DNA of 64,000 bases from a virus. A program made the position numbers and the translations under genes. How positions within the stretch are numbered: position 1 is the first letter of the stretch; each line of letters starts with the position of its first letter. This document shows, piece by piece, positions 19,084 to 28,133 of this stretch. The notes under the pieces are model-generated. The model ran no database searches, was not told the DNA's origin, and saw nothing but the letters and a program-made list of their open reading frames with translations. The stretch lies in IMG/VR virus record IMGVR_UViG_3300023179_000012; one strand, written 5' to 3'.

Positions 19084-19784
19084 ACAAATTTCTCACTTTT
19101 TCTACCGTACCAATTTACACAGGTTTTTCCTAGATGTAAGCAATAAAATTCATGAAGCAAAGTTCTGAATGGTCTTGTGAAAGTACCTCTTGAAAAAATA
19201 GTATCAATATACCTACAACTTCTTCCTTCTGGATATACAACTTTTTTATCTTTAAAAACATCAGCATCAAAATTAAATAATTGACAATATCCAGGGAAAT
19301 AATGGACCGATCTATTTTCTTGATTCTTAAACTGTTCTGGCGATACATCTGATGATTTTTCATTATTCATTACATGAACCATTTCTGGCAATATTGCTGG
19401 TGAAGAAACCATTTTTCTATACATGCAATGTAAATTAGTTTTTTTTAGGTCGTTAAAAATGCCTCTCAGCCTTCGCGGATATACACAATCGGCATCACCA
19501 ATTAAAATCCAGTCTTTGTTAGGAATTTGCGATAAACCATAATTGATTCCGCCGCCTTTATTAAAAATACTACTTCCCCATTTTCCACCTTGATAAAAGG
19601 CTTCTGTCAATAATAGATGAATATTAGAGTGATCATCCAAACTATGAATAGTTTTTGATATAGCCTGATCTCTAGCAGATGATACCACATAAATATTATC
19701 AAATACAGGTTGATTATATTTCAACGTGTAAGATAAATAATCATTATAGTTGACTGATACTATTAGTAGGTTTAGCTTTGACAT
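19080..19784 (-). CDS. GT2-like glycosyltransferase
   Basis: FNKGGGIN, GDADC; paralog of neighbour. Confidence 0.75.
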   Translation of the reverse strand: MSKLNLLIVSVNYNDYLSYTLKYNQPVFDNIYVVSSARDQAISKTIHSLDDHSNIHLLLTEAFYQGGKWGSSIFNKGGGINYGLSQIPNKDWILIGDADCVYPRRLRGIFNDLKKTNLHCMYRKMVSSPAILPEMVHVMNNEKSSDVSPEQFKNQENRSVHYFPGYCQLFNFDADVFKDKKVVYPEGRSCRYIDTIFSRGTFTRPFRTLLHEFYCLHLGKTCVNWYGRKSEKFV

Positions 19785-19992
19785 TTTTAACTGGAATTAT
19801 ATTGTTGTCTTCATTTAGCATCAACAAGGGGCAAATATCAACCATAGTATCGTCTTTCATCCACTTTGGATTTCCAGTTTGAAGATCGTAACAAAGTTTA
19901 GTATTATTATTCTTAAAATCAGAAGTTAATACAAAAATTTTATTATCTATCTTGAAACAATCCCCGTGCTCTAATTCCTCTAAATATTTCAT
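19744..19992 (-). CDS. hypothetical protein
   Basis: ORF tiling. Confidence 0.65.
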   Translation of the reverse strand: MKYLEELEHGDCFKIDNKIFVLTSDFKNNNTKLCYDLQTGNPKWMKDDTMVDICPLLMLNEDNNIIPVKNVKAKPTNSISQL

Positions 19993-20000
19993 AATGAATT

Positions 20001-20201
20001 CTAATAATAGTCCTTATAGTTGTATTCGTCAATATCATCCAAAAGTTCGTCTTCGATTATTTCTCTAATCTTATTTTTAAAAGCCTTGTTTGCTTTATTT
20101 ACAAACTTTTGTTCTTCAGATATAATCTTTTTTTGTTTTTTGCTAATTTTATTATTCTGAGACTTACGATCATCCCTGTCAAAATTATCTGAGGTTTTCA
20201 T
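20001..20201 (-). CDS. hypothetical protein
   Basis: ORF tiling. Confidence 0.6.
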   Translation of the reverse strand: MKTSDNFDRDDRKSQNNKISKKQKKIISEEQKFVNKANKAFKNKIREIIEDELLDDIDEYNYKDYY

Positions 20202-20950
20202 TTTCTTTTGTTTTTATTGATCCATTCCACAAATTTGCTAACTCTGGTATGACCTGACTCTTCATTGTACTTGCCTGACGGAGACTTGTCAACAGCCATA
20301 ATACAAGAATTTATACCAGCTAATCGATTATCAATAAATAATCCTCCTCCGCTGTCTCCACTACATATAATAAATTCTAACGATGTTCTAGTTTTGTCTC
20401 CAATTCTTGATGGACTACATATAAGTAAATCTTGTTCTAAACCATCAATAATATTAGATCCTGCTCGTTTTTTACCATCGTGCGATACTGCCCCAATATT
20501 AAATGTACCATGAAAACCATAACCAGCTATACTACATAATTTACCAGTTTCATTATCTTCTGTATATAAGGCTGGATAAAATTTTAAGTTGAATGGTTCT
20601 TTACTATACCCTATCGCAATATCGGCTATCCCAAATCTTTCTTTATTGAAATTTTCATGAATAATAAAACTTGAAATACAAAATTCATTATCGTTTAATT
20701 TTACTATACAAGATGTGCTATCTTCAACAACATGAGCCGCCGTTAAAACATGATGATCATCAATTAATACTGCTGATGCCCCAAAAATTTTCCCATCTTC
20801 ATAACGACCAGATAATTCAACAACGTAGGCAAAATCTTTACCATAAGAGATATATTTATGATCAGCAACCTGTGGATCTATTGTTCCAGAAATGCTTTGT
20901 ACAGAAAATAACATAATACATAAAGTAGTCAATATTTTTAATAGCATCAT
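20198..20950 (-). CDS. trypsin-like (S1) serine protease with signal peptide
   Basis: LTAAH, DIAI, GDSGG triad; hydrophobic N-terminus. Confidence 0.92.
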   Translation of the reverse strand: MMLLKILTTLCIMLFSVQSISGTIDPQVADHKYISYGKDFAYVVELSGRYEDGKIFGASAVLIDDHHVLTAAHVVEDSTSCIVKLNDNEFCISSFIIHENFNKERFGIADIAIGYSKEPFNLKFYPALYTEDNETGKLCSIAGYGFHGTFNIGAVSHDGKKRAGSNIIDGLEQDLLICSPSRIGDKTRTSLEFIICSGDSGGGLFIDNRLAGINSCIMAVDKSPSGKYNEESGHTRVSKFVEWINKNKRK

Positions 20951-20959
20951 ACCACCCCG

Positions 20960-21268
20960 TCAGTGAGGTTTATTTTTTACCTTATCTAAATACACTTCAC
21001 AATCTTCTTTTACATCTTTATTCCAACTTTTATAATCCAATAAGTGGCCAAATAGTAAGTGACACGGATCATCGCACAAGGTAATAAGATTACTTGGGTC
21101 TAATTCTCTGTCGGGATTACGGTGAACAGGTTCAATATGATGAACTTCTACTTTTTTATTTCTCCCACAAGCCGCACAAGTTGGTTGACTACTAAGATGT
21201 TCCTTTCTTACTTTGCTCCATTTAGGAGATCTATAGGCAAAACGTAAAAATTTTCTAATGCCGAACAT
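20960..21268 (-). CDS. small HNH endonuclease
   Basis: CAACG...VHHIEP...NLITLC...CH. Confidence 0.85.
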   Translation of the reverse strand: MFGIRKFLRFAYRSPKWSKVRKEHLSSQPTCAACGRNKKVEVHHIEPVHRNPDRELDPSNLITLCDDPCHLLFGHLLDYKSWNKDVKEDCEVYLDKVKNKPH

Positions 21269-21274
21269 AAATAG

Positions 21275-22000
21275 TTATCCTAGAAAAAAGTCTAAAGCTT
21301 TAGTATCTTCTATATCATTCGCGTTTATATATGGCCAATAGTGTTTGAACTTTCTTCTTCTGCTGTGATCGGCATTACGCCTTAAACATTTGCCACGAAA
21401 TTCATGATGACTTTTGGTAAAATAATGATTGAGTTGAGCAATAGAGTAATCGACAGGCGAATTGAATGATCCAGTTCTTTTTTCTTTATTTAAATTATAC
21501 CATTCGCCATCAACACAATGGCCGTGTTGATATCTATTGCTTGGTAGTTTTACAATAGTTTTAATATGTTTATTGGCTTCAAAAGATTCTGGCGCTCTCT
21601 TTGTGAATCTTTCTAAAACCTTATAATTATTATCTATTGGTTGAATATGTCCATTACAGCCAAATATCGCCCAATTAATACCAATAGCATTACATTCTTC
21701 ATATTCCATCAAAAAATCTTTTAGATTATGATGCTTATTTAAAACTAAAAATTCATCCACATCAAAAATTGCCGCCCAATCATATCCTTGGCTCAGGTTT
21801 CTGATAAAATGATTGTAGGCTAGCATTTGCATACCCCTACCATTCCAGGGAATAGTCGTAACATTCTCATCATTAATATTTGATATCCAGTCATTTTCAA
21901 ATATAAAGATATGATCGAAACCTATTTTTTTATTATAGGACATCCACTCATGAATATAATTTTCCTCACCATGTGCTATACAAACTAAAGCTGTTTTCAT
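21275..22000 (-). CDS. GT92/GT2-like glycosyltransferase
   Basis: YIHEWMSY...GFDHIFIFEN, FDVDEF, LNHYFTKS. Confidence 0.8.
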   Translation of the reverse strand: MKTALVCIAHGEENYIHEWMSYNKKIGFDHIFIFENDWISNINDENVTTIPWNGRGMQMLAYNHFIRNLSQGYDWAAIFDVDEFLVLNKHHNLKDFLMEYEECNAIGINWAIFGCNGHIQPIDNNYKVLERFTKRAPESFEANKHIKTIVKLPSNRYQHGHCVDGEWYNLNKEKRTGSFNSPVDYSIAQLNHYFTKSHHEFRGKCLRRNADHSRRRKFKHYWPYINANDIEDTKALDFFLG

Positions 22001-22005
22001 TTTAT

Positions 22006-22278
22006 TTAGTCTATATCGTATTTGATATCAGTTGATGGTTGAAAATTTTCATACCTTTGAAAGTCAATAGATTTATTTATATTTAAGTATTGCAAATTTT
22101 TTTTAGTTAATTCTATCCATTCGTCAGAAGTATCTATTGAAGTAACTATGCCGTGAGTATAATTCAAAATAATTTGAGTGCTTGCTCCAACCCCAAATTC
22201 CAATATATTTGTAGATTTAATTGCTAATTCTTTTAGTATCAAAAAATCATTTGTTGATATATCTCCAATATAATCCAT
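22006..22278 (-). pseudogene. truncated class I SAM methyltransferase
   Basis: ILEFGVGAST motif I, but the ORF stops at KYDID after 90 aa. Confidence 0.5.
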
Positions 22279-22289
22279 TCTTTGGTGTC

Positions 22290-23291
22290 CTATAAAACTT
22301 TAGATGCTATTAAACACCCCTTAGATACAGAATGTAAAGGATCAGCCGCATGAACAACTTCTTTAACAGGTAATGGGAACTCATTCTCTGTTAATTTTTT
22401 AGTAAAATTCTCAATATAGCCTTTAGCCTGCGATGTTCCACCGGCCACCACAATTTTAATGGGATTCTTAAATTTTGGAAGAGCCTTATGGTTGCTTAGT
22501 GCAAAAGCTAGTTGTTTTGTTGTATAATCAATTAATCTTTCATAATATGCTGAAACGGCAGAAAGCACAGGATTATCATTTGGTTCACCAATTTTAAAAT
22601 CGCCACCCTCTTTCTCCGCTTGAACAACACTATCTGGTTCACCAGTGGCTACAGCACTCATACGATCAATCCAATCGCCAGACTTTGTGGTGCTAAAGAC
22701 TACTGTTGGTTCACCACTAAGCATAACACAAACATTCGTCATACCAGCACCGCAACTAATACCGATGCCAGTATAATCATCGTTTTCTAGTTCAGCATAA
22801 CATAGTGCTTCTGCCTCGTTAATAGAACGAGCATCATAACCACATTCTGCCAAAACGGTCTTGACTACATCTTCATGATAACCAACATCAAAATCTTCAT
22901 CTTCTTGATCTACAGGTTGTGCTGGTACACAAAATACTAATTTTTCACCGGGCTCTGATGCTGTTCCTACTACTTCTTTTAGAATAAAAGCTAGTATCCT
23001 TTTGGCGTCTTTTTCTTTCGCTGACACTACACCACGATACATGGGTCTTTTTGCAGCGTCGTTTCTTTCCACAGCTTTTTCTAGAGCATCTTTACCAAGA
23101 ATAATAAAAGAGCCGTCGTTATCTTTGATAAAAACTTTTCCAGCCAATCCTTTTTCAATCATTTTTGTTGCAACAGGGGTTGTTGGTTTGATTATGTAAA
23201 AGGCATCTCTAAAGTCTTTGTATTCAATATTTCCGTTGTTTTCTTGAGACAATACAATATAACTAGTGCCTACGTCTAAACCTTTTGACAT
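22290..23291 (-). CDS. actin-fold (MreB/MamK/ParM-like) ATPase
   Basis: GLDVGT, INEAEA, SCGAGMTN, VVAGGTS, VSKG. Confidence 0.85.
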   Translation of the reverse strand: MSKGLDVGTSYIVLSQENNGNIEYKDFRDAFYIIKPTTPVATKMIEKGLAGKVFIKDNDGSFIILGKDALEKAVERNDAAKRPMYRGVVSAKEKDAKRILAFILKEVVGTASEPGEKLVFCVPAQPVDQEDEDFDVGYHEDVVKTVLAECGYDARSINEAEALCYAELENDDYTGIGISCGAGMTNVCVMLSGEPTVVFSTTKSGDWIDRMSAVATGEPDSVVQAEKEGGDFKIGEPNDNPVLSAVSAYYERLIDYTTKQLAFALSNHKALPKFKNPIKIVVAGGTSQAKGYIENFTKKLTENEFPLPVKEVVHAADPLHSVSKGCLIASKVL

Positions 23292-23294
23292 AAT

Positions 23295-23606
23295 TTACCC
23301 CTTTAGATTTTTAAGTTTATTAACTGAATTATTGATGTTTTCTTCTGTCTTTTTAATATCTCCAAGAGTATCATACTTTCTTTCTAATCCATCTGTCTTA
23401 ATGTCTACAACAAATTTTTTATCATCAATAGATAAGGCGCTTTTGGCTGGAGCCACAGTTTGGTTTTTGGTAAAAAAGGACTGCGGCCTATTTTCATATA
23501 CACCATTAGCTATATTTAGTCTACCTATAATATAGCCAATAAATCCGCTGACTATATTCAGTATGACTAAAATTGTAATAATCAGTATTTCATTATTTAT
23601 TGACAT
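23295..23606 (-). CDS. single-pass membrane protein
   Basis: N-terminal TM helix. Confidence 0.65.
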   Translation of the reverse strand: MSINNEILIITILVILNIVSGFIGYIIGRLNIANGVYENRPQSFFTKNQTVAPAKSALSIDDKKFVVDIKTDGLERKYDTLGDIKKTEENINNSVNKLKNLKG

Positions 23607-23976
23607 TTTTTAACCATTCTTTATATTTTGTTTTATTATAACCACTAAAAATCGACACTTCCTTTTTGTCTTTTAAAAATCTAGAGTCTGGTAAAGTAGT
23701 AACTCTATACTGTTTTTTCATATCTTTGTGTTGATCAACATCCACATAACAAACTATTTTACCGTCTAGTTCTTTGGTAAAAACCCCATTATTAATATCT
23801 GCTTTAAGGTTCACACAATGAGGACACCATTTTGCACCAAAAATTATTAGTAGTGGTTGATCACTGGATTCTGATAGTGCTATACCATCTAATATATTAT
23901 CGACCATAGGATAATCTGCCCAACAATAATTTGATCCAATACCAACTAAGACTATTGCTAAAAACCATTTAAACAT
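23593..23976 (-). CDS. thioredoxin-family protein with signal peptide
   Basis: WCPHC; hydrophobic N-terminus. Confidence 0.85.
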   Translation of the reverse strand: MFKWFLAIVLVGIGSNYCWADYPMVDNILDGIALSESSDQPLLIIFGAKWCPHCVNLKADINNGVFTKELDGKIVCYVDVDQHKDMKKQYRVTTLPDSRFLKDKKEVSIFSGYNKTKYKEWLKNVNK

Positions 23977-24718
23977 TGTAATACTCCTTCAATTGTTCAA
24001 GATCTAAAGTTTTTATGTATTCATAAAGATCATAGTTATTCTTAGCCATGTTATGACTTGGTACACTATTGATACCCCTACTATGATCCAAATGCACGAT
24101 ATAAGTATTAATCCATTGTACTTTTAGGCCAAATTTATTTAATCTATAACCTAGTTCCCAATCTTCTGGGCCATATGAAACAAAGTTTTCGTTCATACCT
24201 CCGTATTTAATGTATTGTTCTCTATTAAGAAACTGACATAATCCATGATTGCAAGCCTTGAGTTGACAATCAGAACCTTCTATAATGCCCCAATCCAATT
24301 CGATTTTAGAAACTTTATCTGGAAAAACATTTATCAGATAGTCTCCTTTGGCGTAAGGATAAATCAAGTCAAAAGACTTATCGTTGACTAGACTATAACA
24401 AAATTCATATGCTTTTGGATGCAGTAATATATCAATATCATAATTTACAACAACTTTTGTTGTTGCTTTGTGTAGCATCCTGTTAAGGAATTTAGTTTTG
24501 TGAAATAGTTGTTCGGAACTATCCACAAATATATAGTCTATGTTTGCTCCGTTGGTATCTATAGACTCAAGAACACCGGGTATATTCTGACTACTATCAT
24601 TTTCTAAAATAATGATATTGTGTGGACAGTGGTGACAAAGGTATCTTAGGCTTTTAACAGCATTAATGTATCTGTCTGACGAATCTATTCTGACAGGAAT
24701 TAAAAAAGTGATATCCAT
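23969..24718 (-). CDS. GT2/GT7-like glycosyltransferase
   Basis: YDID, GGMNENFVSYGPED, HLDH. Confidence 0.8.
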   Translation of the reverse strand: MDITFLIPVRIDSSDRYINAVKSLRYLCHHCPHNIIILENDSSQNIPGVLESIDTNGANIDYIFVDSSEQLFHKTKFLNRMLHKATTKVVVNYDIDILLHPKAYEFCYSLVNDKSFDLIYPYAKGDYLINVFPDKVSKIELDWGIIEGSDCQLKACNHGLCQFLNREQYIKYGGMNENFVSYGPEDWELGYRLNKFGLKVQWINTYIVHLDHSRGINSVPSHNMAKNNYDLYEYIKTLDLEQLKEYYNV

Positions 24719-24721
24719 AGA

Positions 24722-25615
24722 TCACGGAATATCTCCTATTATTCTACCCTTTTGAGTACGTCTAACAAAACCTTTTCTAACAAGGTATGGCTCGATACTA
24801 TTTTCTATAGTTTCAATAGCAATACCAGTTAAAGATGATATTGATCTTAATCCAAGAGGATTACCTTTATTATTTTTTAGAATATCCAAATAGATTCTAT
24901 CATAATTATCTAGACCATAACTATCTATACCCTGCATACTAAAAACCTCATCAACAGACACTTGCTCATTGTGACAAGTTTTATAATTTTTATACCATTG
25001 TAGTCTAGCATTTAATATACGAGGAGTACCCTTACTTCTTTTTGCAATTTCCAAAAGGTCTGTATCACTCAAGACTAATCCTAGTTTCGCAGAATTCAAT
25101 CCTGCTAGTTTAGCTAGTTCATTTTCACTATAGAAAGATAGATGTTCCTTGATTGCAAAACGATCATAAAATGGTTGACTTAAACTGCCACCACTGGTTG
25201 TTGCTCCTATCAAAGTAAAATATGGAATCTCAATTTCTTCTGGTTCTTTTTCTAGAACAATATTGATTTTAAAATCTTCCATTACAGGATAAAGAAATTC
25301 TTCTACAAGTTTTGGTAGTCGATGGATCTCATCAATAAAAAATACAGATTTTTTAGTCATTCTCAATAGGTATGGAATAACATTCTTAACGCTTCTCAGA
25401 TTAGCAGCATTAACTGTATAAAGATTAACACCCATTTCTGATGCTATAGCACCCGCTATTGTAGTTTTACCAAGGCCAGGAGGCCCATCTATTAAAACGT
25501 GAGGTAGAACGCTGTCTGTTTTTTTACAACCTTCTGTAGAAATTTTTAGTCTTGAAACAACATCGTTTTGTCCAATGATTTGATCAAAAGATGATGGTCG
25601 TTTAATGTTGCTCAT
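24722..25615 (-). CDS. ruvB: Holliday junction helicase RuvB
   Basis: RPSSFDQIIGQ, GPPGLGKTT, FIDEIHRL, GTPRI, EPYL, TQKGR. Confidence 0.95.
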   Translation of the reverse strand: MSNIKRPSSFDQIIGQNDVVSRLKISTEGCKKTDSVLPHVLIDGPPGLGKTTIAGAIASEMGVNLYTVNAANLRSVKNVIPYLLRMTKKSVFFIDEIHRLPKLVEEFLYPVMEDFKINIVLEKEPEEIEIPYFTLIGATTSGGSLSQPFYDRFAIKEHLSFYSENELAKLAGLNSAKLGLVLSDTDLLEIAKRSKGTPRILNARLQWYKNYKTCHNEQVSVDEVFSMQGIDSYGLDNYDRIYLDILKNNKGNPLGLRSISSLTGIAIETIENSIEPYLVRKGFVRRTQKGRIIGDIP

Positions 25616-26075
25616 TCAACTCTCCTAAATTTTGCAAAATAAATTTTTTGAAAGAACCAATGTTACTATCTGGATTTTTTTCGTATCCCTTAGTTGTGAT
25701 ACATTTTGACTCTTCTTCTGTAAAGCCATATCCTGTGAGTAGTTTAACACAACTGCTAAGAAGATCAACGGGGATTTCTATTTTTTCTTTTAGAGACTCT
25801 GCTATAACTTCTGGCTCTATAACGGGTTTTTGTTCTACTATTATTGGCTGATGTGATGGTTGTTTATTATTTTGGGTTTTTGGTTCATAGAGAATTTTTA
25901 ATGACTGTATTCTTTTAGGTGAAAAAACAGTACCACAGTCACAAACAACTTTAAAGTTTTTCGTTTGTGTTTCTCTCAATGAAAGCCAGTGTGTCGTAGA
26001 ACAATTAGTATTAGGACACCTGTATTTAATATGAGCATCTATCTCAATCGGTTTCTGGCGCTTCTTCTGTATCAT
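25602..26075 (-). CDS. zinc-ribbon protein with RuvA domain-III-like C-terminus
   Basis: CPNTNC...CDCG; LLTGYGFTEEES...FKKFILQNL. Confidence 0.5.
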   Translation of the reverse strand: MIQKKRQKPIEIDAHIKYRCPNTNCSTTHWLSLRETQTKNFKVVCDCGTVFSPKRIQSLKILYEPKTQNNKQPSHQPIIVEQKPVIEPEVIAESLKEKIEIPVDLLSSCVKLLTGYGFTEEESKCITTKGYEKNPDSNIGSFKKFILQNLGELNEQH

Positions 26076-26472
26076 TATTTTCGTTTTCTTTTACCCAAAA
26101 TACAAAGTCATTAGACTCGTCATCAAATGCTGTTTCAACTAATCCCTTTTGAACTAAACCAACAATGATATTACTAACCATTCTATCATTAAGACGGCTC
26201 ACAATATCTGTAAAAATTTTATCATTTAACATATATCTAATTTTTTTAGTCTTTTTATGTTTTTGTTTTTTTATTAGTTCTTTAACTATAACCAAAGATT
26301 CCTGATGAGATAAAACTTTTTCAAATTCTTCTTGTTCATTTTCTACTACGTCATCTATCAGTACATCCAAATTATCTGGATTATTCCAGACTCCGAAGTT
26401 ATTATAGACTATTGCTCTAGCCTTGTCTGTGAAATTGTCTAAATCTGGAATAACATACCATGTATCACTCAT
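26044..26472 (-). CDS. hypothetical protein (paralog of 41349..41816)
   Basis: Shared DD.SNDFVF motif. Confidence 0.7.
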   Translation of the reverse strand: MSDTWYVIPDLDNFTDKARAIVYNNFGVWNNPDNLDVLIDDVVENEQEEFEKVLSHQESLVIVKELIKKQKHKKTKKIRYMLNDKIFTDIVSRLNDRMVSNIIVGLVQKGLVETAFDDESNDFVFWVKENENNDTEEAPETD

Positions 26473-26480
26473 TATTATTT

Positions 26481-26885
26481 CTAATTGAGAATATCAAATA
26501 GTCCTTTATAGTATTTGGGTTGGTTAATAAAATGAACAGCATGAGATTGTAAATGCGCTTTATATGCTGAGTTTATAGGATCAGCAACCCAATATTTTGT
26601 TTTCCAAATTGGTTCGTTAGCATAATTGGATCCCAAGTACTGGAGTTTATCTTTATCTCCAGTACTGGGATTCCAACTATTCACAGGAAACACTATCATC
26701 TTATCGAAGTCATATTTTTTTTTGAAAATATCGTTTATCATTTTGCTGATCCATTCAGACAACGGAGAATCTTGATTTACATCAAATTTGAAATAAAATT
26801 TATAAGGATCATGTTTATCATCATAATCGTTATTATAGTAATCGTCATCATATCCGTCATCTTCGTCATCATATGGATCGTGCAT
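26481..26885 (-). CDS. hypothetical protein with acidic N-terminus
   Basis: ORF tiling. Confidence 0.7.
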   Translation of the reverse strand: MHDPYDDEDDGYDDDYYNNDYDDKHDPYKFYFKFDVNQDSPLSEWISKMINDIFKKKYDFDKMIVFPVNSWNPSTGDKDKLQYLGSNYANEPIWKTKYWVADPINSAYKAHLQSHAVHFINQPKYYKGLFDILN

Positions 26886-26888
26886 TTT

Positions 26889-28013
26889 TTATCCTACACA
26901 AAATTGGTCGCCCAGTTGAGCAGCAAGGTCTTTGGCCGCACTACTCAGAAAGCGATTGTTGCTGAAATACAACGCTGTGGACGCTTGATTAAGGTACTCC
27001 ACGACCGTTTTTAAAAGTTTGGTCTGCTGACCGCTCAGATTTAAACAATCGCCTCCGCGACACGCTGGTTGAACCATTTGAGGATCGCCATAAGCCTTTT
27101 CCGGCAAGCCATCGTCATCATCATACTGATCATCATTATTGTAAGACTTATTATGAGGATCATTTACTAGTGTGCTAAGAATCTGCTTCGCAACATCTAT
27201 TGGTACTGGCAGACCATTTTCATCAGCCTTCTTATAAGCCTTAGCATAGCCTTTGTACCATTCGTCGCTGCACTTAGCGGGATCAATAACAATGTTAGTT
27301 GTTTGACCAGTAAGAGCAGATTGCAAATCGGTCACATTAATTGGTTGACCAGTTGATCCTGGCAGAATACTGGTAAAGTACGGAGCCTTCTTTTCCCAAC
27401 CCTTACGCCACCAAGTATAAGGAACACGATAAATCTGATTAGCTTTGATCGCTCTTGGATCACCACCGAAATAATTTACCAGTTTTTTCTGTAGACCATT
27501 CCAGTACGTCTTATTCTTGCCAACAAGTTTTCGAGATTGGTCATCAAAAATCCAGTAGCACTGATAACCATTACGAGTATCAACTACCCAACTAGGCTTA
27601 ACCGGAAAGTTGTTAATCTTGTTAAGAAATCGTTTCTTGTGCTGCATCACAACACTAGGCTTAAAATATTTACCCTCGCTGTCTCTACCAGCATCCATAT
27701 CACAAAAGCAACAAGTAAACTGATCAATATGGAAAAGTTTACGACCACCATTAACATAAAAGTAAACATCAGAACCTTTATTTTTATTAGCATCTATAGC
27801 CTCGTCAAGATTATTAGTATGACTCATGCTACTAATCTTTTTACGAGGATTGCCGTTATAAACAAAAATATGCTTTTGCTTAAAAGAATCCAAAAACTTT
27901 TTACTACCAGCCTTATATGGAACTAGTGTTTTCTGATCAAACGGATTAAAGCCAAGATTATCACTAAACATTGCTCTACCTATTTCCTCTGTTAACATAT
28001 ACTGGGGTGGCAA
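26889..28013 (-). CDS. RepB-like DNA primase (AEP superfamily)
   Basis: YFYVNG, FCDMD, PSWVVDTRNGYQCYW, GGDP, YRVP; true start probably downstream (MFSDN). Confidence 0.8.
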   Translation of the reverse strand: MPPQYMLTEEIGRAMFSDNLGFNPFDQKTLVPYKAGSKKFLDSFKQKHIFVYNGNPRKKISSMSHTNNLDEAIDANKNKGSDVYFYVNGGRKLFHIDQFTCCFCDMDAGRDSEGKYFKPSVVMQHKKRFLNKINNFPVKPSWVVDTRNGYQCYWIFDDQSRKLVGKNKTYWNGLQKKLVNYFGGDPRAIKANQIYRVPYTWWRKGWEKKAPYFTSILPGSTGQPINVTDLQSALTGQTTNIVIDPAKCSDEWYKGYAKAYKKADENGLPVPIDVAKQILSTLVNDPHNKSYNNDDQYDDDDGLPEKAYGDPQMVQPACRGGDCLNLSGQQTKLLKTVVEYLNQASTALYFSNNRFLSSAAKDLAAQLGDQFCVG

Positions 28014-28039
28014 CCTCTACCACCATTAGCAATATAAAA

Positions 28040-28123
28040 TAGCGGGAGGGAATCGAACCCTCTCAAATAGCGTGTGTATCATTCGATACCAGAGGCTATT
28101 ATCTTAGTCTCCAGACTCCACTA
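28040..28123 (-). ncRNA. tRNA-like RNA without an anticodon loop
   Basis: Perfect T-arm GAGGG-TTCGATT-CCCTC, 6-bp acceptor-like stem, extended arm capped by a GAAT tetraloop. Confidence 0.55.
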
Positions 28124-28133
28124 ATTCTTTTAA

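Noticed and set aside
8670-23505. Further GTGTATA matches inside coding sequence (near 8675, 15160, 19490, 23497)
   Set aside because: Explained by V-Y codons; weak flanks or overlap with a start codon
28040-28123. Selenocysteine tRNA or YrlA-type Y RNA
   Set aside because: No UCA anticodon or long acceptor stem, the arm order is not permuted, and no Ro60 gene is in the window
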